A DNA stretch of 43,619 nucleotides from Vulcanimicrobiota bacterium (GCA_022842865.1 JALHOV010000001.1:1-43619); one strand, 5' to 3'. Shown: positions 1-9,980, counted from the first letter of the stretch. Notes: generated by a model from the sequence alone, not told the origin. Numbers and translations: made by a program.

Positions 1-870
1 GCTCTTCCGATCTTTCTGAACAAAGGCGCCTTTAAGATTACCCTGGATACACTGGGCTTTTCCCAGGAGCAGATGTCGGCCTACAAGAGCTTTATTGAGC
101 GCCCCCATGGGCTGATTTTGACCAGTGGGCCGACCGGTTCTGGCAAGTCGACCACGCTCTATGCTAGCTTAAAGTCGATTGCGCGCCCCGATCGCAAGCT
201 TCTTACGGTCGAAGACCCCATCGAGTACGAAATGCCCGGCATCGTGCAGGTGCAGACCAATACTCAGGCTTCCGATCCGAGTAAGCATGTGACCTTTGCC
301 AGCGCTATGCGAGAGTTTTTGCGTCAGGACCCTGACGTGATCTTGGTGGGTGAAATTCGCGACGAGGAAACAGCGGCGATTGCCATACAAGCCGCTTTGA
401 CCGGGCACCTGGTTTTGTCCACGCTGCACACCAACGATGCCGTGGGTATCGTGAACCGTTTGAAAAACCAGAATGTGCAGCCCTTCCTGATCGCCTCCAC
501 ACTGCTGGGCGGGGTCGCCCAGAGACTGGTTCGAAAGTTATGCCCTGACTGTAAGCAACGTTGGGATCCGGATGCTGAGACCTTGGAACTATTCGTCCGC
601 GAGGGCTATAACAGTCCGGAACTCTATCAGGCAGGAAGCTGCGCCGAGTGCCACGAGCGGGGTTATCGAGGTCGGGTGGGCTTGTACGAGATTTTAAGGA
701 TGAACGAAGAATTGCGTGAACTGATCGAAGAGAACGCCACTGCTCACAAGCTCCGCAAAGCGGCCGAAAGAAACGGTATGAAGAGCCTTTGGCGGGATGG
801 GCTGCGCAAGGCGGCCGCTGGAATCGTCTCCTTGAGTGAGGTGAAAAGAGTTTGCCAGGCCGGGGACTGA
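1..870 (+). CDS. Type II secretion / type IV pilus assembly ATPase (GspE/PilB family), 5'-truncated at the window edge
   Basis: Frame 1 is open from nt 1. Motifs present: Walker A GPTGSGKST, Walker B/Asp box LVGEIRDEETA, His box LSTLHTND, and the C-terminal tetracysteine CPDC...CAEC typical of GspE/PilB. Stop TGA at 868-870. Nt 1-13 are adapter-like. Confidence 0.9.
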   Translation, partial: ALPIFLNKGAFKITLDTLGFSQEQMSAYKSFIERPHGLILTSGPTGSGKSTTLYASLKSIARPDRKLLTVEDPIEYEMPGIVQVQTNTQASDPSKHVTFASAMREFLRQDPDVILVGEIRDEETAAIAIQAALTGHLVLSTLHTNDAVGIVNRLKNQNVQPFLIASTLLGGVAQRLVRKLCPDCKQRWDPDAETLELFVREGYNSPELYQAGSCAECHERGYRGRVGLYEILRMNEELRELIEENATAHKLRKAAERNGMKSLWRDGLRKAAAGIVSLSEVKRVCQAGD

Positions 871-947
871 CAAAACGAAAAACTTGAGCTTGGGAGATTC
901 GACGACCAGCCGCTATGCCTCCGGCAGATTGGCCTGGGTGGCCGGCT

Positions 948-3014
948 TCAGGGCGTGAACTTGGGGATCACGACCTCGAGACCGGTGGGCTTCTGGATCT
1001 CGGCTACAAACGAACTCTGGTTGGAGTTGTCGTCGAAGCCGAAGGCGTAGGCGGCTCCGCCACCATTGGAGGCGGGCGGGCCGGGAGCGTCGTCGCTTAG
1101 AAGAGCGTTGTCGTGGATGGTCTTGGCATAGACGTTGATGCGCGGAGTGGTCGCATCCTTCTTATAAAAAAGGGTGAGGTCGGCGGGGTGGTTGACGTAG
1201 TCGCGGGTAAGCAGCGGTTCGTGAAGCAGGGTGGTGCGGTTCATGGCAGCGCTCATGGCCGAGATGATTTCACCGGCCGCAAACTTGGTGAATAGCTTGG
1301 GGTCGTCCCCCGGCCCGGGAACCCTGTCGCCCGCCTGCGGCTGGGGGACGGGCACGAAGGGTCCGTTGGGTACCGGTTGATAGGTGATTCCCCCGCTGGT
1401 GATGAGTGGGGTCGGCTCAAAAGCTTCGGCGGTTGAAGGCTTGCGCACGTGGATCTTGTCGAAGCCATCTCGGGGCACGCCGTTGGCATCTACGCAGGTA
1501 AACACGAGCTGGTTGTTGCCGTTGGACTGGCCATACCAGATGCCGAAGGCAGAGGTATAGCACTTGAGCTGTTCGCCCAGATAGCGGGCGTAGACATCAG
1601 TCAGGTATTGGTCAAAGTAATCCACGGCCAGGTTGGGATATTGAGGGAAGGGGCGGTTTAAAGCCAGGTTTTCGACGGCGTGAACCGGAGCCGAGGCACG
1701 AACGGGAAGATTGATGTCAAATTCGGTGCCATCTTCCTTCTTACCTTTGGCGGGGCCTGCTACGATTAGCTTTTGGAAGTCCGGGTCGGCCTGGAGAGTG
1801 CTGAAAATGGCCTCGCGCGCGCCGTCCTTGGTTCCCCGCCGCTGCTTGCCGTTGGTGACTCCCTCCAGAGTGAATTGGATTCCGAATCCAAACTGGTCGA
1901 CCTCCGACTTGTTGATGCCGATGCCGGCGGTGTTGGTATCGACATTGACCTTGTAGTCAAATTCCAGCCAATCACACAGCGTTCGGTAATTCGGGTCGTC
2001 GGCGTCCGTTCCCCACAGATTGGGCTGGGCCGCCAGAAAACGGGGGGCCGGCACTGGCGTCAGAGCAGGCGGAGGCGGTGGGATGTAGTCGTTGATTTGG
2101 ATTTGCATCTTGCGGCCCAACGTAACGTACATTCGGGCGGCGAAGACGGGCGGGAGATTTAAGGTGGTTTTGCCCGCTCCAAGAGGGATGTTGTAGCGAT
2201 CCGTCCAGCCTACCTGCCGGTTGAGGGGGTTATAGCTGGTGCGGTCGTCTCCAGCGTAGGCCTGCATCTTGCCGTCGGCGGTGACGTGGTAGAAATTAGG
2301 GTCGTCCTTGCCCGAGGGCAACTTGATAGGATTTTGCCCTACGATGGTGATGTAGGCCGGCGAGATGCCGGAGTTGTTGGTAATGGTGACGGGAATGGTA
2401 TCTTGTTGCACCGCGTTGCCCTCGATCAGGTAGGCATTGTCGGGATTCAAGACGCGGCTCGGCGACTGAGTGAAGCTGGCGTGCGAGCCGGCCTGGTTGT
2501 AGTTACCGCTCAAAGTCTCCAGATAGTCGGTGGCGCCTCCAGCGTAGCTATACAGTTGGGCGTTGTAGAGTTCGGCGTCCCCAGCGATAGCCCGTGGCCG
2601 CACCTCTCGGGCGGCCACTCGGGTGTTCACCGCCGCCGCTTCGGTGATGCGTAGTTCCTTGAGCAACGATAGCTCAAGCGGCTTGCTGGTGTTGAAAAGC
2701 AGATAGAAGAAGCCGTCACCACGATGGCCTGGCGGTGGTGTGGTGGAGAGGGTGAGGGTGAGTTGAGTTCCTTCGATGGCGCCCGGTGCAAAAGTTATGA
2801 AGCCGGTAAGGCCGTTGACTTTGGGGAGATCGACGTTTCCTCCGGCGGAGGGAACGACCACCTTGAAGGTGGTGGACTGCCCCCCCTGGGCGGTGTTGCT
2901 GGCGGGCGCGACGACCATTCCTGCGAACGACGTTGACGAATCGGACCCGCCGCAACCACTCAATAGGGCTGAACCGGCAAGGAGTAAAGATAAAAGACTG
3001 CAACGCTTTGACAT
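948..3014 (-). CDS. Secreted lipoprotein with a GH64-like (beta-1,3-glucanase / thaumatin-like superfamily) C-terminal region
   Basis: Start chosen at ATG 3014, with GGAGG 7 nt upstream. Lipobox LLSGC in MSKRCSLLSLLLAGSALLSGCGG. Motifs recalled from GH64: VTITNNSG..YITIVG, ARMYVTLG, DDPNY..DWLEFDY, SEVDQFGFGI. The family call is from memory, not a search. Confidence 0.6.
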   Translation of the reverse strand: MSKRCSLLSLLLAGSALLSGCGGSDSSTSFAGMVVAPASNTAQGGQSTTFKVVVPSAGGNVDLPKVNGLTGFITFAPGAIEGTQLTLTLSTTPPPGHRGDGFFYLLFNTSKPLELSLLKELRITEAAAVNTRVAAREVRPRAIAGDAELYNAQLYSYAGGATDYLETLSGNYNQAGSHASFTQSPSRVLNPDNAYLIEGNAVQQDTIPVTITNNSGISPAYITIVGQNPIKLPSGKDDPNFYHVTADGKMQAYAGDDRTSYNPLNRQVGWTDRYNIPLGAGKTTLNLPPVFAARMYVTLGRKMQIQINDYIPPPPPALTPVPAPRFLAAQPNLWGTDADDPNYRTLCDWLEFDYKVNVDTNTAGIGINKSEVDQFGFGIQFTLEGVTNGKQRRGTKDGAREAIFSTLQADPDFQKLIVAGPAKGKKEDGTEFDINLPVRASAPVHAVENLALNRPFPQYPNLAVDYFDQYLTDVYARYLGEQLKCYTSAFGIWYGQSNGNNQLVFTCVDANGVPRDGFDKIHVRKPSTAEAFEPTPLITSGGITYQPVPNGPFVPVPQPQAGDRVPGPGDDPKLFTKFAAGEIISAMSAAMNRTTLLHEPLLTRDYVNHPADLTLFYKKDATTPRINVYAKTIHDNALLSDDAPGPPASNGGGAAYAFGFDDNSNQSSFVAEIQKPTGLEVVIPKFTP

Positions 3015-3462
3015 GGGCTGGCCTCCCGTTGTTCTGACCCGTCTCAGGCACCCCGAGCCCAAGACGGTCCCAATAATTTTGTTGTTGAACCGACCAACCC
3101 TGCCGAGTTTTTAACGACTTGGGGCCTGCTGGTTCACTGGCTGCGCTTTCTGAACCCCTGGCTGCTGCCCAGCTTGTTAGCAAATTGCCGGTTGATCAAA
3201 ATTGCGACTACGAATGGGGGTGTTTCTAAAATGCGCATCCCTTCTTGGGCCACAAAGGATAAGCCCGAAAGCCTTGACGAGATGTCAACAAGCGGAATCG
3301 TTTGGAGGATTGCCAAAGGAATCCTGGAACCAGGAACGATGAATAGCGCACCCACAGGCTCCGATAGCACCCGCCCATTGCCAGCAAAGTGGCTCCCCTG
3401 CCTCTCCATATCCGCATAGCCGGATTCTGCACAGTCCCGCGCGGAAAGGAAACAACCTTCGC

Positions 3463-4815
3463 TTGAAAACCCTATTGCTCGCAGCCCTGCTGGCCCTACC
3501 CTGCCTGGGTCAGGCCCTACCCCCGGAGCTCAGCTCGCAGATCGATGCGGCGGCCCAAAAATTTCTCAAGAATGGCGGCCCTCCCAGTCTGGTGGTGGGC
3601 ATCGTCCGACAAGGAAAACCCGTCTTCGCCCGGGCCTACGGCCTGGCACAGCTAGACCCGGAGCAGCCAGCCCAGGCGGAAATGCGCTACGCCATCGGCT
3701 CCGTTTCCAAGCAGTTCACGGTAAGCGCCCTGCTGCTACTGCAAGAGCAGGGAAAACTCTCCCTCGACGATCCGGTATCTCGCTATCTACCCGGATTGAA
3801 CCGAGGCTCTGATGTCACCCTTAAACAATTGCTCTCTCATACTTCCGGCTACTCCGATTATTATCCTCAAGACTACCTGCCCAACTCGATGCTCGCTCCC
3901 ATCCGGGCCGAGCAAATTGCTCACGACTGGGCCGGCCGCCCCCTGGACTTCGAGCCGGGCACCCGATGGCAATACAGCAATACCAACTATGTGCTGGCCG
4001 GAATGGTGGTCGAAAAGGTGAGCGGAATGTCGCTGGCACAATTTCTGCGCCAGCAAATCTTCACCCCGCTTGATATGCTCAGCGCTTCCACCGAGGCTCC
4101 CGAGCCGGCGCCCACCTTCCGCTACGCCGGTGGGCCGCTACGAGTCACCGGTCGGGAAGGTCCGGGCTGGCTTTTCGCCACCGGCGACCTAACCATGAAC
4201 ATTCACGACTTGCTCCGTTGGGACGCGAACTTCATGGCTCACCGCCTGCTCAAGGAATCCAGTCATCAACTCATGGAACGGGAAGTGCTCACCTCCGACG
4301 GCGCGGGCACCGGCTATGCTCTGGGGCTCTTCGTTGCCCGCCAGGGAGACCAGCGTGCTCTCAGCCATGGCGGGGAAGTAGCCGGCTTCACCTGCGAGAA
4401 CTGGATGCTGCCGGAAGAAGGTTGCGCCGTGGCCGTTCTGAGCAATCAAATGGCCAGCCCGGTCCCTCAGGCGCTGGCCGGCGAGATCGCGAGCCTGCTG
4501 GCCCGGGTTTCCGATGACGCGGCCGTGGCTCGTCATCGCCTGTTCTTCGAGCAGTTAGCCCAGGGCACGCTCGATTCGTCGGTTCTATCAGACAACGCGC
4601 AAAAGTTCTTCACTTCCGAGGTGATAAAAGACCACACGACCGCCCTCCAGTCCGCCGGCCCCTCGCAAAGCTTCGTCTTAACCCGAAGCTTCCGTCGCGG
4701 CGGCATGATTGGCCGGGCCTACCGGGTGGCCACGGCAAAAAAGCGCTTTGCCATCCTCACCTTCAGCCTGCCGGACGAAAAGTTAGAGCAGTTCCTGCTA
4801 ACCCCCCTACCCTAG
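3463..4815 (+). CDS. Serine hydrolase, class-C beta-lactamase/transpeptidase fold (PF00144-like), secreted
   Basis: TTG start followed by signal peptide MKTLLLAALLALPCLGQA. Catalytic motifs: S-x-x-K (GSVSKQFT), Y-x-N (YSNTNY) and an HGG triad-like motif (SHGGEVAGF). Confidence 0.85.
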   Translation: MKTLLLAALLALPCLGQALPPELSSQIDAAAQKFLKNGGPPSLVVGIVRQGKPVFARAYGLAQLDPEQPAQAEMRYAIGSVSKQFTVSALLLLQEQGKLSLDDPVSRYLPGLNRGSDVTLKQLLSHTSGYSDYYPQDYLPNSMLAPIRAEQIAHDWAGRPLDFEPGTRWQYSNTNYVLAGMVVEKVSGMSLAQFLRQQIFTPLDMLSASTEAPEPAPTFRYAGGPLRVTGREGPGWLFATGDLTMNIHDLLRWDANFMAHRLLKESSHQLMEREVLTSDGAGTGYALGLFVARQGDQRALSHGGEVAGFTCENWMLPEEGCAVAVLSNQMASPVPQALAGEIASLLARVSDDAAVARHRLFFEQLAQGTLDSSVLSDNAQKFFTSEVIKDHTTALQSAGPSQSFVLTRSFRRGGMIGRAYRVATAKKRFAILTFSLPDEKLEQFLLTPLP

Positions 4816-4821
4816 CGGGCC

Positions 4822-5937
4822 TCAGGCAACCATTGCCAACAAGGAAGCTTCCTGAGCACGCGGGTAGCGTCGATAATCCTCGCTTCCCCGCCAGCCACAC
4901 CAGATATCAAGCCAGAAGGCGATGTCCAGGGTGCGTTCCTCACGAATGTCTTTGCCGAACTGGTTGAAAAATCGCACCCCGTGCGGGGCGCTGCCGACAA
5001 TCTTCAGTCGATTCTCGTGCACGTTTTTATGACATTTGCTGCACAAGGTGAGAAGATTGTCAGCAACAGTCAGTCCGCCATCCGAGTAATAAATAATGTG
5101 GTGAACGTCGAGCCAAATCGTATTCGGACAGCCGGGCACGGCACAGACGTGGCCATCGCGTCTCAGGATTTTGCGGCGATGGGCTTTGCTCGGAAATCGC
5201 GATTTGGGATCAACAATCTCGATTTCCGGATTGCCCGGACAGTCTTCGGTTTCTGCATTGATCACATCGGTCCACTGCAGATCCTTGAGGGACTCCCGGC
5301 GGACGTTTGCGAGTTGCTGTTCATCCACCTCATGTCCCGCCAGCTTCTCGGCGCAGAGCATTTCGATCGCCTCGGCCGCGGAAACGACACGCCCTGCCTG
5401 TTGGGACATCAGCTGCAGACACCGCTCCAAGACGGCCATCTGGTCAGGCTCAAACCGGCAACGCAGTTCGCTGCGAGGCGCATTCTTGACGGGCCGATCC
5501 GGTGGGATCTCTCCCCGCCGGGAACGCGCCACCAGGTCCTCAATCTCGGCATAGGTGTGATTGCGGCACAGCGCAGCCCACCCGCCCTCGGTTACCTCCG
5601 TAGCTACGCGGATGATTTCGCGTAACTTCGACCATTCGATCCGCCCCTCGTTGGCCAGGAAGCGCAAGTAAGGAAGGCACTCGAGTGCCCGCGCCACCAG
5701 CGCCAGTCGCAGGGCTTCCCGGTGCGGCAGACCCAACTGAAGAACCGCGTAATGCACACCGCTGCAACAACCGTGTTCCAAATAGGCGCCGGATTGTTCG
5801 ATGGCCACAATCAGGCGTCCCAGCAGGGCTCGGTGGCGCGTCAAGCTGCCGGCCGTCTTCTTGGCCAGCTGGTGCAAAGCATGGGAATCCATGCGAATCA
5901 TTTCGTCGAGAGTGAGGGAGACGGGGTCCAGTTCCAC
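4822..5937 (-). CDS. HNH endonuclease domain protein (DUF222-like N-terminus plus C-terminal HNH)
   Basis: C-terminal sequence HVCAVPGCPNTIWLDVHHIIYYSDGGLTVADNLLTLCSKCHKNVHE is a classical HNH/zinc-finger nuclease motif. Confidence 0.85.
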   Translation of the reverse strand: MELDPVSLTLDEMIRMDSHALHQLAKKTAGSLTRHRALLGRLIVAIEQSGAYLEHGCCSGVHYAVLQLGLPHREALRLALVARALECLPYLRFLANEGRIEWSKLREIIRVATEVTEGGWAALCRNHTYAEIEDLVARSRRGEIPPDRPVKNAPRSELRCRFEPDQMAVLERCLQLMSQQAGRVVSAAEAIEMLCAEKLAGHEVDEQQLANVRRESLKDLQWTDVINAETEDCPGNPEIEIVDPKSRFPSKAHRRKILRRDGHVCAVPGCPNTIWLDVHHIIYYSDGGLTVADNLLTLCSKCHKNVHENRLKIVGSAPHGVRFFNQFGKDIREERTLDIAFWLDIWCGWRGSEDYRRYPRAQEASLLAMVA

Positions 5938-6117
5938 AGCTACAGACTACTATATGTTCACGCATTTATGTCAAGCCCCTGCGCTCGCCGGAAAGCAAGC
6001 CGCCCCGTGCGGGGCGAGACGCCCCCGATCCCGCGCTAATGAGTACCTCGATCCTGAGTGAGCAAGCCTCCCAGGCTTTACTCTACAGGTCAACCTCTCG
6101 GATCGGCGGACGACTTC

Positions 6118-6912
6118 ATGAAAAAGATACTGGTGATTTTAAGCAGCGCGGACCATCTGGACCTGGCCAACGGTCAGCGTCTCAAAACCGGATTTTTTCT
6201 GAATGAATTCGGGGTTCCGGCCGAGCAGCTGGCGAAAGCCGGATTCCAGCTGGTGCTGGCCAATCCACGAGGCAATCGACCGGCGATGGACCCAGGCTCA
6301 GACGACCCCTCGTTTTTTGGCAAGGATCAGCAGCGTTATGAGCGCATCAAAGCATTTATCCAGCAACTCCCCGATCTCGACAAGCCCAAGACGTTCGCCC
6401 AGGTATTGACCGAAGGACTGGACGGCTATGCCGGGCTATTTGTCCCGGGCGGACACGCACCGATGGCTGACCTGCTGGTGGATGCGCAATTGGGACAAAT
6501 TCTACGCCATTTTCATAAGCATTCCAAACCCACCGCCATGATCTGTCACGGTCAGGCGGCGGCGCTGTCGGCCCAGTTTGACCCGATCGGCTTCGTGGCC
6601 GCGCGAAAAGAGGGACGGGAGGTCCCGGCTCAGGACTGGATCTACGCCAGTTACGCTATGACCGTCTTGTCCAATATCGAAGAGCGACTGGCCGAAACCA
6701 GTATGCCGGCCAAGATGCAATTTCACATCGAGAGCGCCCTTAAGGCGGCCGGAGCGAAAATGGACGTAGCCTGGATTCCCATGCAGTCCAAGGTCGTGCG
6801 CGACCGTGAGCTGATTACCGGGCAGAATCCCGCTTCGGCTGAAGAGCTGGCCCGCCAATTTCTGGAGATGCTCGGCGCCCGCCAACCGGCCGGCTCCCGT
6901 CAAGACGGCTAA
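6118..6912 (+). CDS. DJ-1/PfpI family (type 1 glutamine amidotransferase-like) protein
   Basis: Start chosen at MKKILVILSS. Motifs: FVPGGHAP and the nucleophile elbow AMICHGQAAL, plus the ELITGQNPAS tail typical of Hsp31/DJ-1-like proteins. Confidence 0.8.
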   Translation: MKKILVILSSADHLDLANGQRLKTGFFLNEFGVPAEQLAKAGFQLVLANPRGNRPAMDPGSDDPSFFGKDQQRYERIKAFIQQLPDLDKPKTFAQVLTEGLDGYAGLFVPGGHAPMADLLVDAQLGQILRHFHKHSKPTAMICHGQAAALSAQFDPIGFVAARKEGREVPAQDWIYASYAMTVLSNIEERLAETSMPAKMQFHIESALKAAGAKMDVAWIPMQSKVVRDRELITGQNPASAEELARQFLEMLGARQPAGSRQDG

Positions 6913-7161
6913 GTCCAGTTTCTCTGACGGCCGAGCCTGATGCTCCCGCCGGCGTTGGCCTTGAGATGGCCTGGCTGCTGACCGCCTTCACCGAAGAGCC
7001 CTGAGGCTCTCTCGCAATGGCGAACGCCCTGGAACTCTAAGGCCGAGAAGGCAAGCTGACGGTCGTGACCCAGAGGCTCGAAGCCTTTGGGGAAGGTGGC
7101 CAACTTCAAGATCGGAATGCAGAAGGCGGATTGAATATTTTGCCTAAGATAGCAACAGCCC

Positions 7162-8337
7162 ATGATTGAGAAGTATCTGGAGATTCATCGCCGCAAAGTA
7201 AGAGGTCACGAGTCCGTGCCCATGCGTCAAGGCATGCAGCCCACCAGAAATGCCTCGATGATCGCCGGGCTCGAGCCGGTAGAACGGGTGTTCTTGGAAG
7301 GCACCTCTCCGGTCAGCCTGGGGCATTTAACCTTGCGCACCGTCGAAGAAGCCAATGAGTTTTTGCGCAGCTACGGGATCGATCCGGAGTGTCCGGTGGA
7401 ACGCCTGAAAATGGAGGAAGTCCACCGCGAAGCCGTCGATTTCCTGAGAAGATTGCTGTGTCCGGCGCCGCGTACCTGCGACGCCACTTTGACGGTACCC
7501 CCCGAAGTGGAGGACCCAAGCAACATTACCCGCTTTCTCACCGGCGCTTCCAGCCTGTCCCAGCATCATCCGCTGCAAGCCTGGGCGTGCGCCGTACTGC
7601 GCGTCATGCACGCGATCACTTATGCCAATCAAGTATCGGTAGGACCACATTCGGTCCAGATCCGCCGCCAGATTCTGGATCGGTTTCGCAGTCGGGTGCA
7701 CACGGACGAGAACGGGCAGCTCTGGCTAGGACGCGAATGGGACGCGGTGGCCCTGTGCTCGATCCAATACCGCGAGGAGAAAGCACGCGACAGCGTCATC
7801 CTCAAATTGCTGCACAAGCCCGACAATCTTCCGCAGAGCGTGCACGACCGGGTGGGCGTGCGCATGGTGACGCCTACTAAAAGGGAGGCCCTGGAGGTCT
7901 TACAATATATCACCCGTCACCATCTAGCCAATGTGGCACATCTGACGCCGGGGCGGTCGCGCAATACCCTGCTGAGCGAAGATTGGGAGAAATCCGTCGA
8001 GCCCGGAAATCCTCATTCCAGTCCCGACTTTCGCTCGATCCAATTTACTTGCCGCCAACTGATCCGTCTCGACAATCCGATGTATCTGGCCACTCGAAAA
8101 ATGCGGAAAGCTTTACAGGAGAGCCCCTGCCCGGACCTGGAGGCCGCCCTCACAGAGCTGGAAGGGCACGCCGCCCAGCCCTACATTCGCTTCTTGTTTC
8201 CCTATGAAATTCAAATCCTGGATCAAGAAAACGATTTGAAATGCCAGGTCGGGGAGTCATCCCATTCCAGTTATCGCCAGCGTCAGTTGCGGGCCGTGCG
8301 CCACCGGGTCTTTCCGGCCGGACTGTTAGGCCGCTAA
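7162..8337 (+). CDS. RelA/SpoT-fold nucleotidyltransferase domain protein (divergent; function unknown)
   Basis: Matches the order of RelA_SpoT synthetase motifs: K..(x)..VHDRVGVRMV (D-x-G-x-R strand), FRSIQFTCR, and FPYEIQILDQE (the E-I-Q-I core of EIQIRT, lacking RT). Confidence 0.5.
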   Translation: MIEKYLEIHRRKVRGHESVPMRQGMQPTRNASMIAGLEPVERVFLEGTSPVSLGHLTLRTVEEANEFLRSYGIDPECPVERLKMEEVHREAVDFLRRLLCPAPRTCDATLTVPPEVEDPSNITRFLTGASSLSQHHPLQAWACAVLRVMHAITYANQVSVGPHSVQIRRQILDRFRSRVHTDENGQLWLGREWDAVALCSIQYREEKARDSVILKLLHKPDNLPQSVHDRVGVRMVTPTKREALEVLQYITRHHLANVAHLTPGRSRNTLLSEDWEKSVEPGNPHSSPDFRSIQFTCRQLIRLDNPMYLATRKMRKALQESPCPDLEAALTELEGHAAQPYIRFLFPYEIQILDQENDLKCQVGESSHSSYRQRQLRAVRHRVFPAGLLGR

Positions 8338-9980
8338 CGGAGGCTGGCTTCGAGGCCAGCGATCTCTTTTTCCAACGCCTCTTTGCTGGGCCCATAAAAT
8401 CGCTTCAGTTCCTGCCGGCATCGCGTTATGGCCTCACGGGCCGTGGGAGCATCGCCCGAGGCCGCCGCCAGCTGCGCCTGCATCAAAGGGGGTACGATCC
8501 GGTCGACGCGCCATTTGCTAACCGCCTGGCAAATCGCCTGGGCCTCCGATAGCTTTTTATCGGCGACCGCTTGCTGAAACAGTTGGCGAACCTCTTTCAC
8601 CACCGTCTCCGAAGGGGCGACGCCCACCGCGGTAGTAGCACAGCTGGTATAGGCTTCCAGGGCTTTGGAGTAATTCTTTTCGGCGGCGTAAAGCCTGGCG
8701 CTGATGTACTCCAGAGAATGGGTGGAAGCTTTGAGCTCACGCACCCGCGCCAGACCGGCTTCCACCTCACGCCGTGCGCGGACGGGGTCTTTCCGATCCA
8801 GAGCATCCTGGGCTCTGATGGTGGCAATCTGATAGACGGTGTCACCTCCCCGCGGCGGGGTCTGCCAGAGCGGAGCCAGCAACTCTTCCGCTTCCCTGGC
8901 TTTGTTTAGATGGTAAAGATACTTGGCTTGCTCCAAGAGCAGCGTCTCCTTCCGATCGGCCGGCAGCTTGGGATGGTTTGCCAGCGCCTGAACCACCTGC
9001 AAAGCCTCGGCGTAACGCTTGGGAGCGACCAGCAGTTCGAGTTTCTTTTCGGCCAGTTTAGCGCTGAAGATAAAGTTGTCGGCGCGCAAGGGAGTGGCCG
9101 CTTGCAGCGCGGCCAGGGCTTTGTCGATTTTGCCCTGGGCCTTGAGACAGTCCGCCGCCTTCACCCAGGCCTCCTCGCGGCGTTCGGCCGAGTAGACGGT
9201 GTTCTTCCCGACCTTTTCCCAGAGCACAACGGCTCGCTCTCTGGCCCCCACCTTCTCCAGGCTCGAGCCCCAGCTCAGCTCCACCCGGGAGTTGCGCAGA
9301 GCCTTTTGATCGGAACTGATGGGAAGCGCCAGCAAACTCTTGTAGATGCGGTCGACAACCGCCGTCGTAGACGGCGAGGGCGGGAGCGAGTGGGTCGTAT
9401 AGGCGGCCATGCCCAACTCGGTATCGGCCGCTTGGGGCTTGTATTTGGCCATCTGCTCGGCGGCTTTTTCGTAGCCCTCAATGACTTTCAGGTTCAGGGC
9501 CGGGTCGGATTTGGCGGGCACGATATAGGAAAGGCCGATTTCGTGGTAGGCAGTCGCCAGTTGCTCGGGAGTGGCTCCGATCAGCCCCGTGACCAGCTCC
9601 CACTCGGCCCGGGTGCGCGCCCGGCGGGCTGCCAGAATGCCCGCTCGAGCGCGCTCCTCGCCCGTTGCTCCGGCCACGTCGCGCGCCAGTCGGAAGGCTT
9701 TTAGGGCGTCATCACCGAGCGTCTGGCTGTCGGCGTAAGCCAGACCAGCTGACTCATAGGCCTGGAAACGCTGAGCGTCGCTGGACGCCAGCCGGGCTGC
9801 CCCAAGCCAGGCGTCCCCGGCCAGCGAGGCTTTATCGCGCTCACTCCAGGGCGTCTTGACGCCGTTGGCTTTGTCTTGCCTGTGCTGCTGCAGCAATCCC
9901 GTAGCCTGAGTAGCCTGACTCTCGAAGGTCTGGGCCCACAGCGGATTGGCGAGCATCAGGAGTAGGAGCGCGATTTTCAT
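8334..9980 (-). CDS. Secreted TPR-like repeat protein
   Basis: Start chosen at MKIALLLLMLANPLWAQ (signal peptide). The rest is Ala/Leu-rich helical repeat sequence. It overlaps the stop of the convergent 7162..8337 gene by 4 nt. Confidence 0.7.
   Translation of the reverse strand: MKIALLLLMLANPLWAQTFESQATQATGLLQQHRQDKANGVKTPWSERDKASLAGDAWLGAARLASSDAQRFQAYESAGLAYADSQTLGDDALKAFRLARDVAGATGEERARAGILAARRARTRAEWELVTGLIGATPEQLATAYHEIGLSYIVPAKSDPALNLKVIEGYEKAAEQMAKYKPQAADTELGMAAYTTHSLPPSPSTTAVVDRIYKSLLALPISSDQKALRNSRVELSWGSSLEKVGARERAVVLWEKVGKNTVYSAERREEAWVKAADCLKAQGKIDKALAALQAATPLRADNFIFSAKLAEKKLELLVAPKRYAEALQVVQALANHPKLPADRKETLLLEQAKYLYHLNKAREAEELLAPLWQTPPRGGDTVYQIATIRAQDALDRKDPVRARREVEAGLARVRELKASTHSLEYISARLYAAEKNYSKALEAYTSCATTAVGVAPSETVVKEVRQLFQQAVADKKLSEAQAICQAVSKWRVDRIVPPLMQAQLAAASGDAPTAREAITRCRQELKRFYGPSKEALEKEIAGLEASLR

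Noticed and set aside
3300-3420. Possible cobalamin riboswitch (fragments resembling CCCGCC..., ...CCUGCC)
   Set aside because: Only short partial matches to the B12 box were found. The conserved core (GGUG..GGGAA..GCCACUG) is absent, and the downstream gene is a beta-lactamase-fold hydrolase unrelated to B12.
4977-6016. The 14-mer CCCCGTGCGGGGCG at both 4977..4990 and 6003..6016, flanking most of the HNH gene (possible mobile-element ends)
   Set aside because: A single shared GC-rich 14-mer in 43.6 kb of 60% GC DNA is within chance expectation. One copy lies inside the CDS. No target-site duplication or longer terminal repeats are present.
6909-7163. 84-aa minus-strand ORF in the gap between the DJ-1 and RelA/SpoT-like genes
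   Set aside because: There is no RBS or recognisable domain, and it overlaps both neighbours' termini. It could be a gene remnant, but the evidence is insufficient to call.
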